From positions 1 through 45,411 of the IMG/VR virus record IMGVR_UViG_3300033182_000655: 45,411 nucleotides of DNA. The stretch is one strand, 5' to 3'. Under the pieces are notes generated by a model. The model was not told where the DNA came from, ran no database searches, and saw nothing but the letters and a program-made list of their open reading frames with translations. This stretch comes from a virus. Its lineage: Duplodnaviria > Caudoviricetes. Below are positions 8,185 through 18,050 of this stretch, piece after piece; within the stretch, counting starts at the first letter, position 1; each line of letters starts with the position of its first letter. Made by a program: the position numbers and the translations under genes.

Positions 8185-11100
8185 CTATCCAAATTTTAAA
8201 CTACCTAAAATCTGGTTTACGCTCGCAAATGCCCCTGTAAACTTATAAATATTACCTTTGTATTTAAACACAATACCCTCACTTGGTACGATTGCATTTA
8301 ATCCACCAATCTTCTGTAGTTTTTCAATTTGTAGTTTTAGTTTTTTTAGTTTCTCTATTTTATCTGGTTTTTGCAAATCTTTCATTGCACTGATAACTTC
8401 TTTTCTCATCTTTTGTATTGTCTTATCAGGATTGACTGCCATATATCCACTTATATTTTTCAATATCTCGGCACCAACTTGAAAGAACAATATCTCAAAT
8501 GGTTTTATATTATCTTTAAAAATTTTATTATGGTCAAACTTATCTGTTTTTAATATCCAATCTAAGAACTTTTCATTTTTACCAAAGTCTTTTTTCATTT
8601 GTGATGTCTTATAACTCTTATCAAAGTATGCCCATCTCTTTACCAACTTGGCAAACTGAACTGGTTTTAGTTTTACACCAAATTGTTTTGATGCATTATA
8701 AACATATTCTCTCCAATATGACTCATGATACATACCCAATGTATCTTTATCACTTAATGCATATTGTGATTGTAGTTTTTTTATTTTTCCTAAATACATA
8801 TTTTTCTTCTTACCAAAATCTTGTACTTTTGGTACGGTTAAGAAGTTTGGTTTACCAATCTTAAACATTTTTTGTATGTGGTTGTTAGTTTGTTTAATCA
8901 TACCTGCCAACATTCTTGCAGAATCTTTTGGTTGTCCTATTGGTCTACCACTTTCATCATACTCTAATGTACCATGAAATACTATTTCTGCCACATCATA
9001 ATCTATTACATTTGCTGTTGCTGGATACATAACCTCTAAATTCATCCATCGTTTACCATTACCGAAAACTTTTTCTTTTTGTTTATCCGATAAAGAACCG
9101 ATTGCTTTTTCTAAATCTTTCATCGCACCTACAAATGCTTTTTCTATATTACCTCTACCTTTAAAGATACTTTTTATACCTTTCGTATCTGGTGCAGTTT
9201 TACCAAAATTCTTTAGGTGTCCTTTGTTACGAGCTGCCTTTAACTTACCATCAATCCAACTTACCATTAGATTCTGTCCATCAAGTTTCTCTGTAACTCC
9301 ATCCTCTCTATCTAACTTTCCACCCAATCCGTTAATAACAATCTGTTTCAAATCTGAAAATGTCAAATTATTATCATCAAATGGATGAGACATATGTCCG
9401 TAAGCTCCACCCTCTATCAATAAGTTAACATCATTTATAAATGACTCTTGAATATCATGAATTGCATCACCCATGGACTCATCACCTGGTGCCAAGTCAA
9501 GTTCAACTGCTCGTTGTGTATTTTGGTCTTGTGTCTGAACACCTGGTAATGCAGGAGCTTCAACGGGAACACCTGTAACATCTCTTTCATTATCTGTTAG
9601 TCCGAACCACTTGATAACTTCAAAGTCAAGATTACCAATAACTTTCTCTAACCATTTCTTATATGCCTTAACTGGGTCTTCACTTGGGAATCTTTCACCA
9701 TATGGCCCTGCACCTCTTCTACCATATGCAACCGTAGGTACTTTATCCATTCGTGTGGTGAAATCTAATCCTGGGTCATTCGCGTTTTTACCCAATATAT
9801 AATGTACTAACTCCCACCCAAGACCTTCATCAGAACTTTTATACATTGAATCTATCCACTTCTTAGAATGTTTTTTATAATCACTAAACCCATCATAAAA
9901 TGTAGGTGGCCCATCATCAATTGGGAATAAATTTGTTGTAGAGTTTTCTTTAAGTATTTCTGATATATCATTATTGATTAAAAAGTTATCAAACATTTCA
10001 AATAACTTTCTAAACTTATTAGTCATCATGTTATAAACACCCTTATCATAATAACCAAAAGCTTGTTTAAATAATTTAGGTCTTTCATCATCTTTTATTT
10101 TTGGACTACCTAATAGATTTCTCATTACGGTTCCACTTACTTCTTGTCCATCCACTTTGATAGATTGGTGTGGTGCAGTAAGTATGTATCCATGTTGTTC
10201 ATAACCCTCTAAATTCTTTTTGTTCTTTTTGAAATCTTGATAATAAGTTTTTCCACCACTCTTCTTTGTCCCACCAACTAATCTTCCTGCATCTTTTGCA
10301 CCAAAGATATAGACAACTGCAGTAGTCTCTGGGTCAAACTTTTTCAAAGCGTTGTTTGCAACATAAGGTGTTTTTTCTTTTACAATTTTATTTTTAGGTA
10401 CACCCATTTTTGTCATATGACGAACTTTTTCTGCAAAGTTCATAGGATGTCTTGGTGGTTTTTTGATATCTGAAGTAGTGATATATGCATCATCTACTTG
10501 AGATTTTAACCATTTATAGGTTTTTAAATGGTGAGGCCCAAATGGTTGGAATCTTCCACCATAGATACCAACTACTTTTTTGATTTTGGTTCTATCTTCT
10601 TTTAACTTACTTGTATCAGTTTTAAGAAAAGGGCCTCTTCTAAGTGTTTGGAATCTGACAGGTACTTCTTGACCAAATAAATTTTTAGGTGCTAAAATTC
10701 TTAATGTAACTAATTTTTTAGGATTATCTACTTTTACTAACTCAAAATCTATCTCTTTATATTTCTTACCTTTATGTGTAAGATTCTTACCTGTAATAAA
10801 CTTTTCTACTTTATTACCTCTAACTGCAAATCGTTCTTCAACTTTTTTATAACCACTCAACTTATCAGTTTTGTTTTTATTTATACCTTTTCTACTTGGT
10901 GATGGAATCACTCCTGCAGGTGCACCAAACTCTTCTTTTTTCAATCTACTTTTTTCTCTACGACCTCTATTTTTAGATTGGTCTTCATAACCTGATATTT
11001 TACCATTTTTATGTGAGGCATCTTTTTTATCCCCATTTCCATAAGTACCTTTTTGACGATTATATTTATTTAATTCAGCTCTATACTTTTTCATCTTGGT

Positions 11101-11376
11101 AGATGATTGGAATTTTTTATATTCTTCTTTATAATCTCTTTCGGCCTTCTCTTCTAATTGTTCTTCACTATCATTATTTTGTTTTTTGATTGGGCGAAAC
11201 TTTAGGGCAGGTCTACCATTTATCAATACATCACCTTTTTCATTTGTATCTATGGATTTAACCTTAACTCTTTTATTTTTAAACTTACCCATTAAGACGG
11301 TATCACCAACTTCTACATCTAATTCAATACCCTCAACGAGTGGTTTAACTAACCATTCTGTGAGTTTTGAGTTCAT
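8185..11376 (-). CDS. Multidomain protein: HNH-like module, HIGH-type nucleotidyltransferase domain, and DUF6267-like KxDG domain
   Basis: RDYKEEY...DKKDASH...SKNRGR; VVGIYGGRFQPFGPHH...GAKD..R...VSGTVMR; EGGAYGHMSHPFDD...TEKLDGQN...PSEGIVF...KFTGAF. Confidence 0.8.
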   Translation of the reverse strand: MNSKLTEWLVKPLVEGIELDVEVGDTVLMGKFKNKRVKVKSIDTNEKGDVLINGRPALKFRPIKKQNNDSEEQLEEKAERDYKEEYKKFQSSTKMKKYRAELNKYNRQKGTYGNGDKKDASHKNGKISGYEDQSKNRGRREKSRLKKEEFGAPAGVIPSPSRKGINKNKTDKLSGYKKVEERFAVRGNKVEKFITGKNLTHKGKKYKEIDFELVKVDNPKKLVTLRILAPKNLFGQEVPVRFQTLRRGPFLKTDTSKLKEDRTKIKKVVGIYGGRFQPFGPHHLKTYKWLKSQVDDAYITTSDIKKPPRHPMNFAEKVRHMTKMGVPKNKIVKEKTPYVANNALKKFDPETTAVVYIFGAKDAGRLVGGTKKSGGKTYYQDFKKNKKNLEGYEQHGYILTAPHQSIKVDGQEVSGTVMRNLLGSPKIKDDERPKLFKQAFGYYDKGVYNMMTNKFRKLFEMFDNFLINNDISEILKENSTTNLFPIDDGPPTFYDGFSDYKKHSKKWIDSMYKSSDEGLGWELVHYILGKNANDPGLDFTTRMDKVPTVAYGRRGAGPYGERFPSEDPVKAYKKWLEKVIGNLDFEVIKWFGLTDNERDVTGVPVEAPALPGVQTQDQNTQRAVELDLAPGDESMGDAIHDIQESFINDVNLLIEGGAYGHMSHPFDDNNLTFSDLKQIVINGLGGKLDREDGVTEKLDGQNLMVSWIDGKLKAARNKGHLKNFGKTAPDTKGIKSIFKGRGNIEKAFVGAMKDLEKAIGSLSDKQKEKVFGNGKRWMNLEVMYPATANVIDYDVAEIVFHGTLEYDESGRPIGQPKDSARMLAGMIKQTNNHIQKMFKIGKPNFLTVPKVQDFGKKKNMYLGKIKKLQSQYALSDKDTLGMYHESYWREYVYNASKQFGVKLKPVQFAKLVKRWAYFDKSYKTSQMKKDFGKNEKFLDWILKTDKFDHNKIFKDNIKPFEILFFQVGAEILKNISGYMAVNPDKTIQKMRKEVISAMKDLQKPDKIEKLKKLKLQIEKLQKIGGLNAIVPSEGIVFKYKGNIYKFTGAFASVNQILGSLKFG

Positions 11377-11381
11377 TTATT

Positions 11382-11909
11382 TTACCATTTCCTACAAGAC
11401 CAATAACGAGCTTTATGTCTTGGGCCTGGATTATCACAATTATGGCGGGCCCTAAATGACTTACGAGCTTTAGGATTAGATTTACGGATTCTCATAGTTC
11501 CACCCTTAGCATCTCCACCTTGACCAAAGTTTACCTTGACGACATTTCCTTTGTCGTTCTTTACATATACTTTAAATTTCTTTACATCACCCTGCATTGG
11601 TTTACCAAGTTTTACTTTTCTACCTTGATACTCTGCTTCAGGTAGTAATCCAGTCATAGTGTATCCAAAAGAACCATCCTCTGCCCATATATCATATGAT
11701 TCTTCAATTGATTCTTTTTTACTTTTGTTACCCCAATTTTTGGCACCAACTTTTCTACATTTTACAAGAGCACCACTTGCATAAGCAGATGGCCAAACAT
11801 CGTAACGAGCTCTTACTTTATGATAACACGCATCTTTTTCACCTGCTGCTTCATCAAATTGTTCTAATGTAATTGGTTTCCCAACTAACTCTTCTAACTT
11901 TACACTCAT
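11382..11909 (-). CDS. Basic modular protein of T4-like phages (DUF5872/DUF6321-like modules)
   Basis: KDACYHKVRARYDVWPSAYASGALVKCRK module and AEYQGRKVKL...KSFRARHNC...KARYWSCRKW module. Confidence 0.75.
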   Translation of the reverse strand: MSVKLEELVGKPITLEQFDEAAGEKDACYHKVRARYDVWPSAYASGALVKCRKVGAKNWGNKSKKESIEESYDIWAEDGSFGYTMTGLLPEAEYQGRKVKLGKPMQGDVKKFKVYVKNDKGNVVKVNFGQGGDAKGGTMRIRKSNPKARKSFRARHNCDNPGPRHKARYWSCRKW

Positions 11910-11918
11910 TTTACTCTC

Positions 11919-12362
11919 CTACTTCTTTGGTTTTGTGGATACTCTGATTGGAGCTTTACCTTGTCCTGCAGATTGTTTACCACCTCTATTAGCTTGATTT
12001 TGTGCTGCTCGTTTTCTACGAGTAGCGGATTCTTTTTCTTTCTTACTCATACTACGAGCCTTTGATGCAGGAACACATTTTGCATATGCTCTTTTCTTAC
12101 CACTCGTACCACAAGGTGGATGTTTACCAGATTTATCTTTCTTACCGATATTCACCCATTTATCTTTAAACCACTTTCTTAAATTTTCGTTGACAGGTTG
12201 TCCACAATTTACACAAATATTATCAAGTATTTGTTTTGCCTGTTCACTTGTAATATGTAAATGTTCTTTCTTTACGCAATTAGGATATGTTTTTCCAAAC
12301 ATTTTTTTAGTACCTTTTTTTTCGTATCCTTTCCAACATTTTTCGTGTAAACAAACTTTCAT
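11919..12362 (-). CDS. Basic modular protein (DUF5872-like)
   Basis: KCWKGYEKKGTKKMFGKTYPNCVK and LRKWFKDKWV...PCG...KCVP...ATRRKR modules. Confidence 0.75.
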   Translation of the reverse strand: MKVCLHEKCWKGYEKKGTKKMFGKTYPNCVKKEHLHITSEQAKQILDNICVNCGQPVNENLRKWFKDKWVNIGKKDKSGKHPPCGTSGKKRAYAKCVPASKARSMSKKEKESATRRKRAAQNQANRGGKQSAGQGKAPIRVSTKPKK

Positions 12363-12363
12363 C

Positions 12364-12642
12364 TTAACTCAATAGTTTAACTATCGTTCCTGCACCTGTT
12401 ACAACTTTCTTTAATGCTATATTGTAAACTTGTCCTGTTACTAATCCTGCAGTTAAATCACCACCATCAACTGCAGTTAATGTGTAGTTAGTTCCTGTCT
12501 CAATTAAAAATGCGGAATTAAGATTTGAACCTGTTGGTTCGTATGTTGTATTTGCTGCTACTTCATAAGTTCTTTTGAAAGAATTAGAAGTATCTATTGA
12601 TTTGGTTCTACTTACAAAAGAACCTTGAACTGGTGTTGCCAT
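12364..12642 (-). CDS. Small beta-rich, probably structural protein
   Basis: Thr/Gly-rich 92 aa; TAGGAG SD; the GQVYNIALKKV end is weakly reminiscent of capsid spike-base proteins. Confidence 0.65.
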   Translation of the reverse strand: MATPVQGSFVSRTKSIDTSNSFKRTYEVAANTTYEPTGSNLNSAFLIETGTNYTLTAVDGGDLTAGLVTGQVYNIALKKVVTGAGTIVKLLS

Positions 12643-12651
12643 TTTTATCTC

Positions 12652-13134
12652 CTATACTGAAAGTGCTCGTTTAAACCATCCAAACAAGAACCTTTCTTGT
12701 TCTGGTTTCTTATTCACTAAATCATAATAATGCTTTAATCTATAACAACGAACTCTCTCTAATGATGGTTTGTAAGTTTCAAGTGCACTTTTTGTTCCTG
12801 GGCCCATACCACCATCAACTGCCAAGTCTGCACCTTTTGCATTACATGCTCGTTGTAAAATCTTTACTGCGGTTCCTCTACCCATATTCACGCAACAATC
12901 AAAAAAGAAATGTCTTAGGTGTTCTGGTAGTTCTTCTACTCTGTTTTTATCCCAATAATCCTTTTTGTAAATTTCTTTTGCACCCTCTTTTGTAAGGTTC
13001 TTAATATCTACATCTGGATAAAATCTTTTTGCGATACCAAAGTTTGTTTCACCACCTAAATCTTTTGGGTCGTGAACATAACCACCCTCGTGGTGTAGTG
13101 TTACTTCTATGATTTCATCAAAAGTAGTTAACAT
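12652..13134 (-). CDS. GH108 lysozyme (endolysin) with peptidoglycan-binding domain
   Basis: HEGGYVHDPKDLGGETNFGI catalytic motif, VDGGMGPGT, FLFGWFKR. Start moved to ATG 13134 (AGGAG SD, no overlap with upstream gene). Confidence 0.9.
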   Translation of the reverse strand: MLTTFDEIIEVTLHHEGGYVHDPKDLGGETNFGIAKRFYPDVDIKNLTKEGAKEIYKKDYWDKNRVEELPEHLRHFFFDCCVNMGRGTAVKILQRACNAKGADLAVDGGMGPGTKSALETYKPSLERVRCYRLKHYYDLVNKKPEQERFLFGWFKRALSV

Positions 13135-13135
13135 T

Positions 13136-13876
13136 TTATTTTCTCCTATTAAGTAGTTTTTGTTTTTCAACCCACTTGAGTCCAAGTTTGTTTTTGATTG
13201 GTTTATTAACAAACTTTCTAACAACTTTAGTAACCAATGGAACAAATTTCTTCTCCGCTTCTTTTTCGGATAAATGTTTTGAATTATCAATTATCACGAA
13301 ATTATTTTTAAATAATGCTTGGAAAGAACCAAGATTTTTCTGAACATCTTTCCAACTCTTCTCTAATAAATCTGGTGGTAACACTCTATCTCTTTCTTGG
13401 TTTCTTTTTTGAGCAACCTCTAAAGAAGTGTTTACCATCACCATATAAGTATCGTATCCGATATCTTCTAATTCTTTTTTCTTACTTTGTATCTTACTAA
13501 AGTTATGACCTGTACCATCTATAATCATACCTAACCTACCATTACGATATAATCTTTCTCTTTCTTTAGTAAGTGATTTTGTGTAATCTCTCAATCCACT
13601 TGAATCAGGCCCGTCACCTGTTAAATTCTGAAATACTTCATCTGGCATTTTATCTAAATCTGTACCGAATCCATATTTGTCCAACATAAACTTTAACTCT
13701 TTATCAGAGTTTACCATCTTTAAACCACTCATTGAAATATTAAACTTATCAGGTATTCCAAAAAGTTGTTTAGCAACATAAGTTTTACCACTACCTGGCC
13801 CACCCGCTAAAAATACAGCCTTTAATATACCTTTATCGTTAACACCCTCAAATAATAAGTCTTTTAGTTTAATCAT
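13136..13876 (-). CDS. P-loop kinase (zeta-toxin/AAA_33/PNK-like)
   Basis: AVFLAGGPGSGKT, VNSD, IIDGTG, TSLEVAQKRNQERDR lid; N-terminal MIKLKDLLFE leader. Confidence 0.85.
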   Translation of the reverse strand: MIKLKDLLFEGVNDKGILKAVFLAGGPGSGKTYVAKQLFGIPDKFNISMSGLKMVNSDKELKFMLDKYGFGTDLDKMPDEVFQNLTGDGPDSSGLRDYTKSLTKERERLYRNGRLGMIIDGTGHNFSKIQSKKKELEDIGYDTYMVMVNTSLEVAQKRNQERDRVLPPDLLEKSWKDVQKNLGSFQALFKNNFVIIDNSKHLSEKEAEKKFVPLVTKVVRKFVNKPIKNKLGLKWVEKQKLLNRRK

Positions 13877-13904
13877 TTAGTATCTCCAAATATAGTTTAT
13901 CAAC

Positions 13905-13913
13905 TATAAATAT
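13905..13913 (-). promoter_or_regulatory. ATATTTATA motif, overlapping a small TATAGTT/AACTATA hairpin (13891-13908)
   Basis: In the gap between the glycan island and the kinase gene, upstream of a GGAG SD. Confidence 0.55.
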
Positions 13914-15835
13914 TAAGTTACGGAAGTTTCGTATGCTCTGTTTCGTCTTCCCCACCACATATTTATAGTACACCATTTCTTTACATCAGAGTCCCAATTT
14001 TCTGAATTAAATTCGTAGGTATGACCACCATTTTTGATAGGTTTATTTTCAAAAATAACCTCTTTGATATTAAAATTAAATGGAACTTTCTTGGGATATT
14101 GTTCAAATGGATTAGTACAAATCATTTTTTGGAATAAAAGTAGGTCATCAAGTAATGCCACATCTATATGTTTAAACTCATCTATTAAAAAACTTCTAAT
14201 ATTCTTATCAAATTCTTCACGATTAGTCACGATTCTGATAGATGTTGCCTCTTCATAATCCCAATAATAGTCTCCTGTAGTTCCTTCTACTCTTCTACCC
14301 CAAAGTTCTTCTTTTTTTAATACTTTAGTTAAGGTATCTTTAGTAATACTCATTTCTTTACCTAAAAAAGTATTGGGATTATTTTCCATCCAATTATAAA
14401 ATTTAGTATAAAATTCTCTGTAAGATATGTCGTGTGTTGACTTCAATACTCTTGAAATATGTTGAGTAAATCCTAAGAAGTGTGCAAACATAAACATCCA
14501 TCTCCAAATAGATGCCTCTACATATTCTTCCCTATTCATTGTATCACTACCAACTACCATATGTTCTTTTTCATTTTTTAACATATCAGGATAATCATGA
14601 TGGAAGAATGCAGGTGTAGTTTCCACAATATCAATACCATATTCCTTGATATAACTTGGTTCAAAAAATGGTGTGTTAGGTAATGCAGTCATTGGATATA
14701 CTCCAACATAATCATGAAATTCCATATCCATTATTTGAAATATACCATCTTTGAATGATTCAATTGTTTCTTTTGGTAATCCTAAAATTAATTCTACATA
14801 ACTAATAAGTTTCTTATCTTTATACAAATCAAAAAATTCTTGTAGTTTTCCATTATCAACATTTTTTCTTCTAACTGCCTTCAACACATCAGGATTCATG
14901 GATTGTAGTGCAATAGTAATTCCTTTCATCATACCTGCCTCTGTAAGTAGATGTGCATACTCAACAACTTTGTTTGCTTTTGCTTTTGCCCAATCAACCC
15001 TAATGTTATCAGGATAACCAGTTTCTTTTTTTAACTTAGTCATATACTTTACTTGGTCAAGGTGTTCTTTAAATAAACCAAAGTTAGAGTCTGCATTGTA
15101 GAAAAATTCTACTTTATTTTTAGACAACCAATCTAATTCTTGGAATATCTTTTCATTGGTTTGTTTTGCAATCTTTTGAAAATATTTGTCACCAATCTCA
15201 CAGAATGTACATTGATAAGGACAACCACGAACACTTTCTATTGTACCCTCAAAAGCATACTTATGGTCTTTGATTTTTACTAAATCATCAAACAATCCAT
15301 CTAAATAAGGACTTGGCATTGAGTCAATATCTTTTAGTCTTTCTCTTGGTGGTGTTGTGATTAATTTACCTAATGGTGGATTGATAGTGATACCATTTAC
15401 CTTTGTCCAATCTTTATCTATAAGATATCGTAACAATATATCTTCAAATGTTAACTCACCTTCACCATGAACTAATATATCAATACCTGGATTATCATCA
15501 CAGAATTGTTGACATCTATCTCCTTTAGGTGTTCCTTGTCCACCAAAAACAACCACACATTGTGGATTAATTTTTTTTATTTTTTTAATGATTGAAGTGT
15601 TTTGTACTGAATTCCATACGAAATTAGAAACGCCAATAATATGAGAATCTTTTATTTGTTCTATTATTTTGTCCTCATCTTGTCTATAGTACATCCAATC
15701 TTCCATTTGTAATGAAAAGTTTTCTTTGATGGTTGGATTTAGGCGACAATATCCCCATATCAAACCTGTTGAGTATGGTAACTTAACTTGGTTTGCAGTA
15801 ATGTCTGATAACTCAAGGAAACTTATTTTGTACAT
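13913..15835 (-). CDS. Cobalamin-binding (class B) radical SAM enzyme
   Basis: N-terminal B12-binding-like domain (GVSNFVWN, VFGG, HGEGE), ESVRGCPYQCTFC, DSNFG, ELILGLPKET. Confidence 0.9.
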   Translation of the reverse strand: MYKISFLELSDITANQVKLPYSTGLIWGYCRLNPTIKENFSLQMEDWMYYRQDEDKIIEQIKDSHIIGVSNFVWNSVQNTSIIKKIKKINPQCVVVFGGQGTPKGDRCQQFCDDNPGIDILVHGEGELTFEDILLRYLIDKDWTKVNGITINPPLGKLITTPPRERLKDIDSMPSPYLDGLFDDLVKIKDHKYAFEGTIESVRGCPYQCTFCEIGDKYFQKIAKQTNEKIFQELDWLSKNKVEFFYNADSNFGLFKEHLDQVKYMTKLKKETGYPDNIRVDWAKAKANKVVEYAHLLTEAGMMKGITIALQSMNPDVLKAVRRKNVDNGKLQEFFDLYKDKKLISYVELILGLPKETIESFKDGIFQIMDMEFHDYVGVYPMTALPNTPFFEPSYIKEYGIDIVETTPAFFHHDYPDMLKNEKEHMVVGSDTMNREEYVEASIWRWMFMFAHFLGFTQHISRVLKSTHDISYREFYTKFYNWMENNPNTFLGKEMSITKDTLTKVLKKEELWGRRVEGTTGDYYWDYEEATSIRIVTNREEFDKNIRSFLIDEFKHIDVALLDDLLLFQKMICTNPFEQYPKKVPFNFNIKEVIFENKPIKNGGHTYEFNSENWDSDVKKWCTINMWWGRRNRAYETSVT

Positions 15836-17226
15836 ATTTCTTCTATCTCGTCAAAAAGTTTTTTAAATTGTTCATTTCTTTTACTACCCAATTTCATAAA
15901 ATGGTTATAATTGTGTAGTAATATATCTTTCATATCCGAATACCACTTTATCATTTCTTTTTCAGAAATATTTTGTAGTCTTTTTATTTCATCAAGAATC
16001 ATATTATATCTTTTTTTATTATCTACTACCTTATCATAAGATTCATCTATGAATGGATGAAAAGTCTTAAACCCAAGATTTCTTAATTCTTTCATAGTGT
16101 TGGGTCTACCAAAAGTTATAAATGGATGAAAATTACCCACACACTTCCAAGTCTTTTCAGTTATATAATCACTTCTCCTAAAAAAATTAGATTCTGTAAC
16201 TACACTATAATAAGTATTTAACCAAGGTTTTTTAATATCTCCTCGGAACCCATGTATGTTTGATAAGTCTTCATGGTCAATCATTCTCTTTTTTAGTCTA
16301 ACTGCTTTCTTAATATATCGTTCAAATTCTTTTCTATATGTTTTTTCATCATCATATATCATTTTAAACTCTTCAATATAAGTGTCTGTTCTTTTAGGAA
16401 AATTAAAGTCACCATCTAAGTTGAATTGAAAACTAACTAAGTTATCATCTAATATACCCATTTTAATTAATTCACCAATTAACATAACACGATGTGGGTG
16501 CATCCTTCTATTAAAACATAAGAACTTATGGTCTCTACTTTTACCTAAACTATTTTGAAAATCCTTCAAACTAACAGAACCGAGTTTACCTTTTAATTCT
16601 TCTGATTCAAAGTTTTCTATACCCATGTTATATTCATGTCCCTTTTCATATAAAAAATAATGATAATTCATAACTTTAAATCTATCTGTAGTTTGTATAT
16701 TTTTTTGATGCCATGTATTATATTGTTTCTCAATACCATGATTACCACTTGTTAATATTATTATTTTTTTCATAGGTAATTTATTTGACATACAAATTTG
16801 CCACAATCTTTCAAAAAATGAATCAACAACTAAACCCTCATGTACCATTGTTATTAATATGTATCCATTTGATTGTTTTAATTTTGTCATTGTGGTTGGT
16901 GGTATTGCCTGTGAAAAATTCCAATCATCATATAAAGTACCTTGTTTTTGATTAATTCCAAATGACTTTTGGAAATCACCAAATATTTCAACAGGATAAA
17001 TCCAAGTATCATCAGGATTAACTTCTTTTATATTTACTATTTTATCTTCATAAAAATTTCTAAAACTTGAATTATAGACATGCCATGGTTCACCGAAGTG
17101 TTCTCTTACATAACTCTCGGTAACATCATAATTACCACTATGATTTTGTAATACAAACCTGACAATTTCAGGATGACAAGCATTAGGTATCAAATAAGGT
17201 TTGTTAACATCAAAGACTATTTTCAT
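15823..17226 (-). CDS. GT10-like (GT-B) glycosyltransferase paralogue 1
   Basis: FLCFNRR..PHR; YSVVTESN...DYITEKTWK..HPF..G...LGFKTF..IDESYD, resembling the GT10 FEN..DYxTEK motif. Confidence 0.65.
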   Translation of the reverse strand: MKIVFDVNKPYLIPNACHPEIVRFVLQNHSGNYDVTESYVREHFGEPWHVYNSSFRNFYEDKIVNIKEVNPDDTWIYPVEIFGDFQKSFGINQKQGTLYDDWNFSQAIPPTTMTKLKQSNGYILITMVHEGLVVDSFFERLWQICMSNKLPMKKIIILTSGNHGIEKQYNTWHQKNIQTTDRFKVMNYHYFLYEKGHEYNMGIENFESEELKGKLGSVSLKDFQNSLGKSRDHKFLCFNRRMHPHRVMLIGELIKMGILDDNLVSFQFNLDGDFNFPKRTDTYIEEFKMIYDDEKTYRKEFERYIKKAVRLKKRMIDHEDLSNIHGFRGDIKKPWLNTYYSVVTESNFFRRSDYITEKTWKCVGNFHPFITFGRPNTMKELRNLGFKTFHPFIDESYDKVVDNKKRYNMILDEIKRLQNISEKEMIKWYSDMKDILLHNYNHFMKLGSKRNEQFKKLFDEIEEICTK

Positions 17227-18050
17227 ATTATCTCCAAGATTCTTTTTTTAATAACATTGTTAAAATATATTTTGTGACCATCCCATTGTACATGAAGATT
17301 ATCATCCCAAAATGGTAATTTATTTTCAATTGCATATTCATATAAACCATCATAATCATTTACAAATTGAAAGTTTTCAAAGTCTATTTGTTCAAATAAA
17401 TGTTCTGTTTCTTTATATTGTTTGTGTAGAAATTCACCATCCTTATTAGTAAATATATTCTTCATTGTGTGAAATACATATTTTATTTTATTTAATTTAC
17501 AAAAAGATTGTAGTCTTAATATAGATTCAAAGGTATTAATAATAGAATATTCATTTGTATAGAAGTTTTCGTAATATGTATTAAACCAATCTTTATACTC
17601 TTTAAATGTATAACCATCTTTATTTGGAAAACCACCACTTCTCAAATAACCCCAATTTTTATTTTCTTGATTATAAGAAGTATCAAAACCTTCTCCCAAC
17701 CTCAATGGTTCAGTATTACCTTTATGTTGAGTTAATTCAGGCCATTTATATGTTTCACCAATGGATGCAAATAAATCAGTTCTTATTGGGTCACTCCACA
17801 TTACTGAAAGTATTATTTCATCGGATTTAATATTTGGTATTTTTAATATATTACTCAATGTATAAATAACTCTTCTTGATATTAGAGAATTACCTGATGC
17901 AGGTTCACCTGTATGATAGTAAAATGGAAAATCAAATGATTCCTCAATGGCATTTGACCATGTTTTTTCTTGTTCTTTCATTATTGGTAAGTCTGCTCTT
18001 TTGGAAAAACTACAACCACCTGTAACTAATCTATAAGTCTTATCTGTCAT
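17223..18050 (-). CDS. SGNH hydrolase-like protein 1
   Basis: GGCSFS, ASGNSLI, MWS..R, DNLH; likely start ATG 18050. Confidence 0.7.
   Translation of the reverse strand: MTDKTYRLVTGGCSFSKRADLPIMKEQEKTWSNAIEESFDFPFYYHTGEPASGNSLISRRVIYTLSNILKIPNIKSDEIILSVMWSDPIRTDLFASIGETYKWPELTQHKGNTEPLRLGEGFDTSYNQENKNWGYLRSGGFPNKDGYTFKEYKDWFNTYYENFYTNEYSIINTFESILRLQSFCKLNKIKYVFHTMKNIFTNKDGEFLHKQYKETEHLFEQIDFENFQFVNDYDGLYEYAIENKLPFWDDNLHVQWDGHKIYFNNVIKKRILEII

Noticed and set aside
13135-13290. N-terminal extension of the endolysin ORF
   Set aside because: Overlaps the kinase gene in another frame; ATG 13134 has the SD and matches the GH108 domain start.
13136-13876. Zeta toxin-antitoxin module
   Set aside because: No epsilon-like antitoxin neighbour; only general P-loop kinase motifs are supported.
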